Shown: piece by piece, positions 1 through 7,966 of the stretch
Numbering within the stretch: position 1 is the stretch's first letter
How the letters are laid out: each line of letters opens with the position of its first letter
Assembly (NCBI RefSeq): GCF_049969415.1
Contig: NZ_JBMFOX010000021.1
Location: 1-21,337 of the forward strand
Reading direction: 5' to 3'
Length of the DNA: 21,337 nucleotides
DNA from: Candidatus Hadarchaeum sp.
GTDB lineage: Archaea; Hadarchaeota; Hadarchaeia; Hadarchaeales; Hadarchaeaceae
Program-made: the position numbers and the translations under genes
Notes under the pieces: generated by a model
The model's input: only the letters and a program-made list of their open reading frames with translations
Database searches by the model: none
What the model was told of the DNA's origin: nothing

Positions 1-465
1 CCGGCCTCTGATCTCATGCGAAAGCACGTGTTTGTCGTCTGGGAGGGCACACCCATTAAGGCGGCAATTGAAATAATGGACTTGGCCGGCTTCCGCGGGC
101 TGCCCGTGATAAATGAAAACGGGGTCATGGTGGGAATAATCGACGATTCCGATATCATCAAGGTCAGCGACATTGAAGTTGGATCCAAGGTAAGTCAGAT
201 GTCGGGACGGAGCGAGGGTGACAGTTGGACCTGGGATAGCGAGGACCGGGTCTACATCACTAAGAGCATGTTGAAGATACCCGACAAGCTGGTAAAGGAT
301 ATCATGACCAAGGAACTGGTCACCATCACCCGAAAGACGCCGATTAGCCGGGTGGCTCAGCTGATGAAACAGAACCGGGTCGAGCAGACGCCGGTGGTCT
401 CATCCGAGGGGAAGCTAGTGGGCATCGTGCGGGATGTTGATCTACTCCGGGCGCTGGCGGAGTGA
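1..465 (+). CDS. CBS-domain protein, C-terminal part (5' truncated by window edge)
   Basis: Frame is open from base 1 (PASDLMRKH...). Two CBS motifs (GLPVINENGVMVGII; QTPVVSSEGKLVGIVRDVDLL) separated by a WTWD-containing insert. Confidence 0.85.
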   Translation, partial: PASDLMRKHVFVVWEGTPIKAAIEIMDLAGFRGLPVINENGVMVGIIDDSDIIKVSDIEVGSKVSQMSGRSEGDSWTWDSEDRVYITKSMLKIPDKLVKDIMTKELVTITRKTPISRVAQLMKQNRVEQTPVVSSEGKLVGIVRDVDLLRALAE

Positions 466-480
466 TGGATTCTCGAACTT

Positions 481-2013
481 TTGGTGCTTGAATTGAGGGA
501 CAAATCAGAGGAGATGATGGAGCTGGCCCGCAGGCGGGGCTTTATCTGGCCCTCGTTTGAGATCTACGGCGGGGTGGGCGGGTTCTATGACTTTGGTCCG
601 CTAGGTTCGGTGCTGAAAAACAAGATCATTCAGAAATGGCGCGAGTTCTACCTGATCGGTGAGAACTTCTTTGAAATAGATTCTCCAAGCGTCTTGCCCG
701 AGGAGGTGCTGAAGGCGAGCGGGCATGTCAACCATTTCGTCGACGCGATGGTGGAGTGTAAAAAGTGTGGAAACTCTTTCAAGGCGGTCGATGTTGCTCG
801 TGAGGATACTGGTAAAGATGTCGAAGGCATGAAGGAGGCCGAGATGGACGAGTTCTTTGCCCAGAACCGCATCAGGTGTCCCGATTGCGGCGGAGAGCTG
901 GGTAAGGTCTTCCTCTTCAACGCGATGTTTCGTACGACAATTGGTCCCGGCAGCCAGAGAGTGGGTTATCTGCGGCCGGAAACCGCGCAGGGAATTTTCA
1001 TCGATTTCAAGAGACTGCAGCGCCATGCCCGCGGCCGTCTGCCCTTCGGGGTGATTCAGATTGGTAAGGGATATCGGAACGAGATCTCGCCGCGCCAAGG
1101 GATAATCCGGCTGCGCGAGTTCACGATGGCAGAGGCAGAGGTTTTCTTTGACCCGGAAAATCCACACCATCCCAACTTCTCCTGTCTTGCCGAAGAGAGG
1201 ATCCGGTTGTGGCGAGCTGAGGACCAGATTAAGGGTGAGGAGAAAATAATGGAGGTCACCGCCCGGGAGGCGGTGGAAAGAAACTATATTCATAACGAGC
1301 TGATTGCCTACTACGCCGCGCTGACGAAAAGGTTCCTTGTGGAATTGGGCATACCTTACGAACACATCCGATTCCGAGAACAAAAGCCTTGGCAGAGGGC
1401 GCATTACTCCAGCGAGACTTGGGACGCCGAGGTTTTCACGGAGCGTTTTGGCTGGGTGGAAGTTGCTGGCATTGCTAACCGCACCGATTATGACCTCTCG
1501 CGTCACATGAAGTACAGCGGCGAGGACTTGACGATGACGGTTGGTGAAAGCGGTAGAAAAATTCTCTGCCATGTGGTTGAACCTTCCTATGGCATTGATA
1601 GGCCACTCTACTGCGTCCTGGAGCACGCCTTTGTCGAAGAAGGTGATCGGAAGTACCTGAAGCTGAAAAAGTGGTTGGCCCCGGTTGAAGTCGGAGTCCT
1701 CCCGCTGCTCAAACGCGATGGGCTGCCGGAAAAGGCGATAGAGGTGCAGAATCTTTTAAGGGGGAAGGGTTTGCTGGCAGAATATGACGACTCGGGCTCG
1801 ATTGGTCGGCGTTACGCTCGTGCAGATGAGATCGGCACGCCTTATTGCGTGACGATTGACCACCAGACGCTGGAGGATGATACGGTTACTGTGAGGGATA
1901 GGGATTCCACTAAACAGATTAGAGTCAGCATCGGTCAACTTCCCGATGTTTTAATCTCGCTTATTCATGATCGGATTGATTTCGAGGAAGCTGGAGCTTT
2001 GGTTAAAAAATAA
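481..2013 (+). CDS. glyS: Glycine--tRNA ligase, alpha2 archaeal/eukaryote type
   Basis: RRGFIWPSFEIYGG, YDFGPLG, LRPETAQGIF, motif 2 GKGYRNEISPRQGIIRLREFTMAEAE, motif 3 EPSYGIDR, anticodon domain GSIGRRYARADEIGTPYCVTID; two CxxC pairs in insertion 1. Confidence 0.97.
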   Translation: MVLELRDKSEEMMELARRRGFIWPSFEIYGGVGGFYDFGPLGSVLKNKIIQKWREFYLIGENFFEIDSPSVLPEEVLKASGHVNHFVDAMVECKKCGNSFKAVDVAREDTGKDVEGMKEAEMDEFFAQNRIRCPDCGGELGKVFLFNAMFRTTIGPGSQRVGYLRPETAQGIFIDFKRLQRHARGRLPFGVIQIGKGYRNEISPRQGIIRLREFTMAEAEVFFDPENPHHPNFSCLAEERIRLWRAEDQIKGEEKIMEVTAREAVERNYIHNELIAYYAALTKRFLVELGIPYEHIRFREQKPWQRAHYSSETWDAEVFTERFGWVEVAGIANRTDYDLSRHMKYSGEDLTMTVGESGRKILCHVVEPSYGIDRPLYCVLEHAFVEEGDRKYLKLKKWLAPVEVGVLPLLKRDGLPEKAIEVQNLLRGKGLLAEYDDSGSIGRRYARADEIGTPYCVTIDHQTLEDDTVTVRDRDSTKQIRVSIGQLPDVLISLIHDRIDFEEAGALVKK

Positions 2014-2932
2014 ACATGTACGTTAGCGGCAGCACGATGAAGAGCGACAGCAAGGTTGTGTAGAAGATAATCGCGCTGTACATCTTCAGGTCTAGTTTGT
2101 AGTTCCAGGCCAGCATCATGTTAAAAAACCCCGGCGGCATTATCGCTAGGATCATTGATGGTCGCGGTGTGATGTCGGTATGTAGGCTCAGCCCCAACGC
2201 CATGATTAGGCCATAGGTCACCAGCGGGCAGACGATGAACCTCAGCAGCGAGACCATGGTGATGTCCTTCACATATTTTCTCGGGCTAACGACTGGCATC
2301 TGATATCCCACGAGCAGCAGCATGAGGGCGAAGAACGGCTTAGTGAGGTAGGTGTCAAAAAATGCTCGGGCGACTGTTGGCAGCGGGGCGCTAAAGGCGA
2401 CGAAAAGTAGGGCGATGATTAAGGCGAAGGCAGCGGGGAAAGTGATGACATTTTCGACCACGGTACCTACGCTGATCTTTTTCCTCACCGCAGTTGATGC
2501 CAGCATTACTCCCAAGATTAAGTGGGGGACTGAGATGCCGACAGCATAAAGGGCAGCCGGACCCAGCCCGTTGAGGCCCCTGACGTCAAAAAATGCGTAG
2601 ATGATGGGAAAACCGAGAAAGGTGACATTTTGAAATGCCGAGTTTAAAACGATGGCAACCATGGTCTTTCTGTCGTCTCCTGAGATTCTAGAAACCGCCA
2701 CCGAAGAAACGAAACAAACACCCATTCCGAAAAAGGCCAAGACAAAGGCGTTTCCCATCATGGCCAGTTCTACCATGCTGTAGCGGGAGATCGAGACGAA
2801 GACCACTGCGGGCAGCATGACCCAGATGGCCAATGTGTTTAGGAGGCTAAACCCTTTGTCAGCAACGGGTTTCAGAAATCTTAGCGACTTAATCTGGTGA
2901 GTAATTACTCTGATCAGAGTTCCGGCCACCAC
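2003..2932 (-). CDS. AEC (auxin efflux carrier / malate permease) family transporter; true start probably further upstream
   Basis: Many hydrophobic segments; family-like motifs LPAVVFVSI, FQNVTFLGFPII, LRFIVCPLV, AIMPPGF. The stop overlaps the glyS stop (convergent). Confidence 0.85.
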   Translation of the reverse strand: MVAGTLIRVITHQIKSLRFLKPVADKGFSLLNTLAIWVMLPAVVFVSISRYSMVELAMMGNAFVLAFFGMGVCFVSSVAVSRISGDDRKTMVAIVLNSAFQNVTFLGFPIIYAFFDVRGLNGLGPAALYAVGISVPHLILGVMLASTAVRKKISVGTVVENVITFPAAFALIIALLFVAFSAPLPTVARAFFDTYLTKPFFALMLLLVGYQMPVVSPRKYVKDITMVSLLRFIVCPLVTYGLIMALGLSLHTDITPRPSMILAIMPPGFFNMMLAWNYKLDLKMYSAIIFYTTLLSLFIVLPLTYMFIF

Positions 2933-3276
2933 GATTGAAAAGACGTAGAGGGCAGCGCTGAAGAACGTCTCGAGCGTTGTTTCAACCCCATTGGTTATCG
3001 TTTTGAACCTTTTTCAACCTTCTGGGGCGAAAACATAGCCTAGCTTTCTTCGGCACATCGATCATAACAGCAACTCAACCCGCGTTGGGAACACTCACGC
3101 TTTTTTGATGGATTTAGGTCCTTTTTTTGGCCCTAACCCTTGGTATAGGCTTGCTCTTCACAATTTTCGCTCTAATTTTTTTTAAATTTTCTTTCAAACT
3201 TTTTAAAATTTTTCAAAATTATCCACTTTCCTCTTCTTAATATATTTTTTGATTTATATTTTTTATTATAGATAAG

Positions 3277-3284
3277 TTTAAATA
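3277..3284 (+). promoter_or_regulatory. Putative archaeal TATA box (TTTAAATA) for the wHTH gene at 3317
   Basis: TTTAAATA preceded by purine-rich GATAAG (BRE-like), about 33 bp before the TTG start; the same octamer precedes the next gene. Confidence 0.55.
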
Positions 3285-3316
3285 GATATAATTTTTTATA
3301 TAAATGCGGGATAAAT

Positions 3317-3826
3317 TTGAACGCGCTAAAAAAAGAAGAGGAAATATACGGGCTTTTTTTACAAGAAAAGCCAGCTAAGATACTTGTTTGCCTAAAAAAA
3401 GAAAATAAACAGATTTATACTACAATAATAGCTAAAGAAGTTAATGCTACATATGCACATACTTTTAACGTATTAAAAAAGATGAAAAAGCTAAATTTGG
3501 TCTCATTTATGGAATCAGGGAGAATTAAGCTGGTGAAATTGACCGAATTGGGTGAGGAAGTGGCCAAGACAATTATAAATTTGGCTGATCTATTGAAGAT
3601 AGGAAGTTTAGAAAATGAGCTTTTTAAAATTTATGAAATTGAAATCAAGGGTAAACTCAGGGAACAAATGAATAAAGAGAGCATATCAAAGCAATTGAAC
3701 AAATTAAAACAAAAATTAACCGAATTAAGTGAAAATAGTTCACAAAACGTGGCTATTTTTTCAAAAAAAGTTTTAAAAAAGGTAGACGAGACGCTGGCGG
3801 AGGTTTTCGGCTATCCTCCTGGTTGA
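3317..3826 (+). CDS. Winged helix-turn-helix (MarR-like) DNA-binding protein with helical C-terminal extension
   Basis: FLQEKPAKIL...IYTTIIAKEVNATYAHTFNVLKKMKKLNLVSFMESGRIKLVKLTELG is an HTH followed by a wing; AT-rich codon usage. Confidence 0.8.
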   Translation: MNALKKEEEIYGLFLQEKPAKILVCLKKENKQIYTTIIAKEVNATYAHTFNVLKKMKKLNLVSFMESGRIKLVKLTELGEEVAKTIINLADLLKIGSLENELFKIYEIEIKGKLREQMNKESISKQLNKLKQKLTELSENSSQNVAIFSKKVLKKVDETLAEVFGYPPG

Positions 3827-3933
3827 GGATGGATTAACGGAGTGGAAAATGATTCATATAGAGTAACGACCCAAAAGCTGGACCTCCTTGGAGAGCGCGG
3901 TTTTGGCCAAAGGATCCCCATGAAGTCGGCTGT

Positions 3934-3951
3934 TTACCTTGTATAAGGTAA
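3934..3951. promoter_or_regulatory. Palindrome TTACCTT-GTAT-AAGGTAA, putative operator
   Basis: Perfect 7-bp inverted repeat with 4-bp spacer between two wHTH genes. Confidence 0.5.
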
Positions 3952-3984
3952 CCCAAAAACAGGAAAAATCGGCGGGTGTAAAAC

Positions 3985-4068
3985 AAAATTACTGTTGAAG
4001 AGTGCTAAAATTACTTACCATAAGGTTTAAATATTGAAGTTACTCATTAATGAAGTGAAAATTACTTA
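3985..4068 (+). repeat. Iterated AAAATTACT-like direct repeats around a TATA box
   Basis: AAAATTACT at 3985, 4007 and 4058, and GAAGTTACT at 4036; TTTAAATA at 4026-4033. Confidence 0.6.
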
Positions 4069-4070
4069 GG

Positions 4071-4430
4071 ATGGGTGATAATGTGGAAGAGAGAGGAGGA
4101 GCAGAGAGGCTGTTGGACTTAGCCTACGGGAACCACCCCAAGAGCTCGTCGTTGAAGCCGGAGGCGTTGAAGGTGATGCGGTCGTTGCGGGAGGGTGCGA
4201 AGAGCATCGACGAGCTGGCGGCGGTGCTAGGGCTGGATCTGAAAACGCCTGGGGGCCGTAAGCACTTTTATGTATTGATGAAACCACTGCGGGAGACCGG
4301 GATGATTGCCACGAGAAAAGCGGGAGGGAAGACAGTTTACTATTTGAGCTATGACGGGTTCAGCCAGTTCCTGCGCGACATAAGGAAGGAGGCCGAGTAT
4401 TGGTTGGTTCCAGAGACGCATCAAGGTTAA
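4071..4430 (+). CDS. ArsR/TrmB-like winged-helix transcriptional regulator
   Basis: LREGAKSIDELAAVLGL...FYVLMKPLRETGMIATRKAGGKTVYYLS fits an HTH plus beta-wing. Confidence 0.75.
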   Translation: MGDNVEERGGAERLLDLAYGNHPKSSSLKPEALKVMRSLREGAKSIDELAAVLGLDLKTPGGRKHFYVLMKPLRETGMIATRKAGGKTVYYLSYDGFSQFLRDIRKEAEYWLVPETHQG

Positions 4431-4464
4431 AATAGGGGGAGTGTTAGTAAAAGGCGGTGAAAGT

Positions 4465-4797
4465 TTGACCCGTAAGACCGGCAAGATGGCCGTAAAGGCC
4501 AGGCAACTGGCCCGTTCCGCAAAGCTGGCAAGATATAAGCGCGAGCTCTCGCAGGCCGGGGTGAGCCTAAGCCTACCCAAGCCGTCGAAAAAAGCCCTGA
4601 AGGAGAAGGAGGAGGAGCTTAAGAAGCTGTACATGGAACTCGTTCCGCAGAAGACGGAGGAGAAAACCGAGGAAGAGAAATCCGAGGAGCAGGCGGAGCA
4701 GGAACAGGCCGAGGGCGCTGAAGAGCGGGCTGAAGAGGAACCGCTGGAGTCTGAGGACGACACCGGCTTTGAGGCTCAAGACCAGTATGACACCTGA
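4465..4797 (+). CDS. Hypothetical protein with basic N-terminus and Glu-rich C-terminal tail
   Basis: ORF 4441-4797; TTG at 4465 preferred because GGTGA (SD-like) lies at 4456-4460; codon usage looks native. Confidence 0.65.
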   Translation: MTRKTGKMAVKARQLARSAKLARYKRELSQAGVSLSLPKPSKKALKEKEEELKKLYMELVPQKTEEKTEEEKSEEQAEQEQAEGAEERAEEEPLESEDDTGFEAQDQYDT

Positions 4798-5356
4798 GCA
4801 CAGGCGTTTGAGGCTCGCCGGGGTTTGCGGAATCGCGGCACCGATAGTGGCACTTTCGTTCATCTTCATCGCGATATCGCTTTCGCCTTGGTTTACTTGG
4901 ACAGGGAACGCCCTCAGCGATCTGGGAGTGGGTGAAGCGGCTCTGGTCTTTAACTCGGGCTTGGTGCTGGGAGGGTTGTTGGCCACCGTGGCCGCTGTGG
5001 TAATGTTTTCAACCTACCAAGATAAGATTCGGCGGGTGGGCGCGCTGGTTTTCTTGCTGGGCACAATTTCCCTCATCGGCATCGGGATATTCTCCGAGGC
5101 GGCCGGGCGAATCCACTTTTACTTCTCCGTGGCCTTTTTCCTGCTGGTGCCGATTTCCTTCTGGATCCTTGGCGTAGGCATATATCGCTCGGGTTCTAAA
5201 TTTTGGGGCGTGCTGACAGTTTTGCTCGGGGTGGTGGGGACCCTTCCTTGGACCCAACACTGGACCGCCGTGGCGATTCCGGAGCTATCATCGGCCCTCT
5301 GTTTTGCCGTTTGGAGCCTCGTTCAGGGAGCGAGATTTTATCTGGGCAGACCATAA
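4787..5356 (+). CDS. DUF998-family membrane protein
   Basis: SPWFTWTGNALSDLG, FNSGLVLGG, IGIFSE...IH...VAFF, AIPE; ATG 4787 overlaps the end of the upstream gene. Confidence 0.8.
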   Translation: MTPEHRRLRLAGVCGIAAPIVALSFIFIAISLSPWFTWTGNALSDLGVGEAALVFNSGLVLGGLLATVAAVVMFSTYQDKIRRVGALVFLLGTISLIGIGIFSEAAGRIHFYFSVAFFLLVPISFWILGVGIYRSGSKFWGVLTVLLGVVGTLPWTQHWTAVAIPELSSALCFAVWSLVQGARFYLGRP

Positions 5357-5364
5357 TCGTCCAT

Positions 5365-6090
5365 TTAAAAATTTGCCCAGTCTGAAGAGAAAATGGAATT
5401 TAAACATTCCTGCGCTAAGAACCAGTATTCAAAGAGTTTTTTCTCAATCTCCCGGTAGTTGTTGAACTCACTACCGACCAATGACCAGAATCTTTTTCCG
5501 TGCCCCCTTTCCCGCAGGTGAGCTACCTCATGGCAGGCCAGATACCAGACCAGTTCCCTGGGCAGGTGGACGAGGCGGAGGTTGAAGTTCAGGTTGCCGC
5601 GGAAGGAACAGCTACCCCACTTGCTCCTGTGTCTTTTGATACAAATCCTCTTGAAGTTCACCCCAAATCTTTGGCAGTAGTAGGTTACCGCCTGGTGCAA
5701 CTCCTCGGCGAGCATTTTCTTGAGCATGGCGGCCAGTCTCTTTTTCTGATTGGTGTCGTCGGGATTGAGTTCTATTATCCTCCTAGCTGGATCGAAGAGC
5801 AAAGACGTCCCCCGCCTTATTTCGAAGAGTTCTCCAAAGATAGGCACTGCATTGCCTCCGGCGGCCCGTTTGTCCAGTCTCTCGAAGGCGGCCTTTATCT
5901 GGGCGTGTTTCTTTGAGATCCAACCGATTTTCTCCTTCAATAAGTGGGTTTCGTCGCCCCAACCAACCGGAAGGACGACCACCAGCCCCTCGGCTCTGAA
6001 TTCCAGCCGCGGATTTCTGACCCTTCGTCGCTCGACGGAATAGGGCAGGATTTCACCGTTGACTTGGATGAACCTGTCATTTTTTTCCAT
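5365..6090 (-). CDS. YgjP/DUF45 (M48-like) zinc metallohydrolase
   Basis: SKWGSCS, LNFNLRL, YLACHEVAHL (HExxH), GHGKRFWSLV. Confidence 0.88.
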   Translation of the reverse strand: MEKNDRFIQVNGEILPYSVERRRVRNPRLEFRAEGLVVVLPVGWGDETHLLKEKIGWISKKHAQIKAAFERLDKRAAGGNAVPIFGELFEIRRGTSLLFDPARRIIELNPDDTNQKKRLAAMLKKMLAEELHQAVTYYCQRFGVNFKRICIKRHRSKWGSCSFRGNLNFNLRLVHLPRELVWYLACHEVAHLRERGHGKRFWSLVGSEFNNYREIEKKLFEYWFLAQECLNSIFSSDWANF

Positions 6091-6173
6091 AATTTCACCC
6101 GCGGGTTATCCCTTTAGAATTAGTCTAAGATAAAAATAAAATGACCCAACCCAAATGGATAAGAGCTGATAAC

Positions 6174-6812
6174 ATGGTGAGGATCGTATCCCTTGACCTG
6201 GACGGAACCTTAGTAGACTGGACGTTTGCCGACGCCTTCTGGTTTGATTGCATGGCCCGTCTGTATTCCAAGCGCTGGGGCTTGAGCTTCCCGGAGGCGC
6301 TTCGGGAAATCAGGAGAAGGTACAATGAGGTGGGCATGGACAACTTGGCGTGGTACAACATCGGTTACTGGTGGAAGGAGTTCGGCTTTGAGGGCCACTG
6401 GAGTGATTTAATCGAGGAGTGCCGGCCCAAGGTCAGGCTCTATCCCGACGCCCGTGAGGCGCTGGAGCGGCTTCACGGCAGGTTCAAGCTCATCATAATC
6501 ACGAATGGCGTCAGGGAGCTGGCCGAGGTCGAGGTCAAGGAGTCGGGTCTGGAGAAATACTTCGACCGGGTTTTTTCCGCAACCTCGGACTTCGGCTTGG
6601 TGAAGAAGACCGGGGATTTTTACCTAAAGGTCCTGGCCCAGATAGGTGCCTCGGCGGATGAGGTGGTCCACATCGGTGACAACTATATTTTTGACTACTT
6701 GGCGCCTCGGGAGGCAGGAATAAGGGCCTTCTTTCTCGACCGTGAGGGAAAGCACACCGGGGATTTTGTTGTCAGGGACCTTCTGGAGTTCACGCGCAAG
6801 CTGCTGCGCTGA
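6174..6812 (+). CDS. HAD-superfamily hydrolase (subfamily IA)
   Basis: Motif I DLDGTL, motif II ITNG, Lys motif, motif IV HIGDNYIFD; start 6174 preferred over 6141. Confidence 0.9.
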   Translation: MVRIVSLDLDGTLVDWTFADAFWFDCMARLYSKRWGLSFPEALREIRRRYNEVGMDNLAWYNIGYWWKEFGFEGHWSDLIEECRPKVRLYPDAREALERLHGRFKLIIITNGVRELAEVEVKESGLEKYFDRVFSATSDFGLVKKTGDFYLKVLAQIGASADEVVHIGDNYIFDYLAPREAGIRAFFLDREGKHTGDFVVRDLLEFTRKLLR

Positions 6813-6848
6813 GGGCGTTAATTTAAAATATTAAAACAGTGGAGAAGA

Positions 6849-7574
6849 TTATTCTACCTTTCCTTTAGAAACATGAGGTATCGGCTCGCCATTATGAGTT
6901 AGGTTGACAATGTTTGCCCCGAGCTCTGAGGAAAGCCAGCCCAGCAGCTCCCTGCAGATCTCCAGCTTGAGCAGCTTGTGCGCCCTGTTTTTTCTGCCCG
7001 AGTACTTTCCAATCTCGGTGCCGAGGTCCATGCCGGCGAGGTAGATTTTTTTCGCCCCCAGCTCGTGGGCCAGGAAAACGGACCGGTCACCGTCCGTGAA
7101 CCCGCCGAAGTTGAAGAGCTTCCCGAAGGGCTTCGTCTGGGTGGTGCCCACAACCCGTTCCGAGAGTTTTGGTACATATTTGCGCAGCCGGTCCATGTTA
7201 TCCCCGTGGCCGTGAACCACCAGCCAGCTGCCTTTTCTCCAGGCCCTCAGCTGGTCCACAACCGCACCATCTAGGTCGGTGACGATGACCTCCGGGTTCC
7301 GATAATGGATAACTGCAGAGGTGGCCCCGTCAGCCGAAATTAGGACTTTTTTTAGGTAACCTTCCTTTTCCAACCCTTTCAAATCCACCTCAAGCGACGG
7401 CCCCGCTCCGAAGACGATGCATTCCTTGCTCCTGATTATTTTTGCCAGCGCCTTTAGGTTCGGTTCGGGCAGCAAGCTGTCCAGCAGCTTGGCGGCCGCA
7501 ACGTCAGTCTGCTCATCCAGCTCGAGCCTTTTGGCAATCTTTTGGTACCAGGGCTTCCAAGTCCGCCAGCGCAT
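6849..7574 (-). CDS. mptE: 6-hydroxymethyl-7,8-dihydropterin pyrophosphokinase (archaeal, DUF115)
   Basis: GAGPSL, SADGA, VTDLDG, VHGHGDN, GTTQ, NFGGFTDGDRSVFLA, LAGMD; ATG 7574 follows a GGGGTGA SD-like sequence. Confidence 0.88.
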   Translation of the reverse strand: MRWRTWKPWYQKIAKRLELDEQTDVAAAKLLDSLLPEPNLKALAKIIRSKECIVFGAGPSLEVDLKGLEKEGYLKKVLISADGATSAVIHYRNPEVIVTDLDGAVVDQLRAWRKGSWLVVHGHGDNMDRLRKYVPKLSERVVGTTQTKPFGKLFNFGGFTDGDRSVFLAHELGAKKIYLAGMDLGTEIGKYSGRKNRAHKLLKLEICRELLGWLSSELGANIVNLTHNGEPIPHVSKGKVE

Positions 7575-7579
7575 TGCTT

Positions 7580-7954
7580 TCACCCCACCACTTCCAAATC
7601 CACCCTCTCCCCGCGGTGGTTGTAGGCCCGCCACGACCTCTCATTATAGGGGAAGGCGACGACGATGTGGACGCGGCCGAACTTTGCGAACAGGAGAAGA
7701 TCGTCCTCGGACGGCACGGGCGATGGCGAGGGGTGGCTGTGCACGGTGCCGCAGGCGCCTGGGTCGATTGGCATCATGTGAAGGCGGAGGACCGCAGATT
7801 CCTCCGAGGAGAGCGTTCCGGGCAGCACCAGAATCTCCCGAATCACATCTCCCTTTGCCCGCAGTATCCCGGCGAACTCCCTGGGGTGGCTGGAGCGTGA
7901 GACGTTGAGGATAAACTCCAAGGCCTCCCGGTCAATCTTGTTTACCAGTTTCAT
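7580..7954 (-). CDS. JAMM/MPN+ (Mov34) zinc isopeptidase
   Basis: E-xn-HSH-x7-S-x2-D motif: HPREF...VHSHPSPSPVPSEDD. Confidence 0.9.
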   Translation of the reverse strand: MKLVNKIDREALEFILNVSRSSHPREFAGILRAKGDVIREILVLPGTLSSEESAVLRLHMMPIDPGACGTVHSHPSPSPVPSEDDLLLFAKFGRVHIVVAFPYNERSWRAYNHRGERVDLEVVG

Positions 7955-7966
7955 TTTAATCGCCTT

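Noticed and set aside
601-1626. 341-aa antisense ORF inside glyS
   Set aside because: Shadow ORF from codon bias on the opposite strand of a conserved gene; no recognisable motifs.
3114-3197. 27-aa Lys/Arg-rich minus-strand ORF (TTG start, MKENLKKIRAKIVKSKPIPRVRAKKRT)
   Set aside because: Composition is explained by the A-rich strand; weak start and no independent support, though it cannot be fully excluded.
3286-3301. ATATAA-TTTT-TTATAT inverted repeat
   Set aside because: Expected by chance in sequence that is over 90% AT.
3220-3850. ORB-like fragments (ATCCACTTTCC near 3221; GAGTGGAAA near 3840)
   Set aside because: Only partial matches to the TCCAGTGGAAAC + G-string consensus, and no orc1/cdc6 nearby.
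3824-3946. 39 open codons in frame after the TGA of the wHTH gene (possible Sec or stop readthrough)
   Set aside because: No redox-motif context or evident SECIS; this length is plausible by chance.
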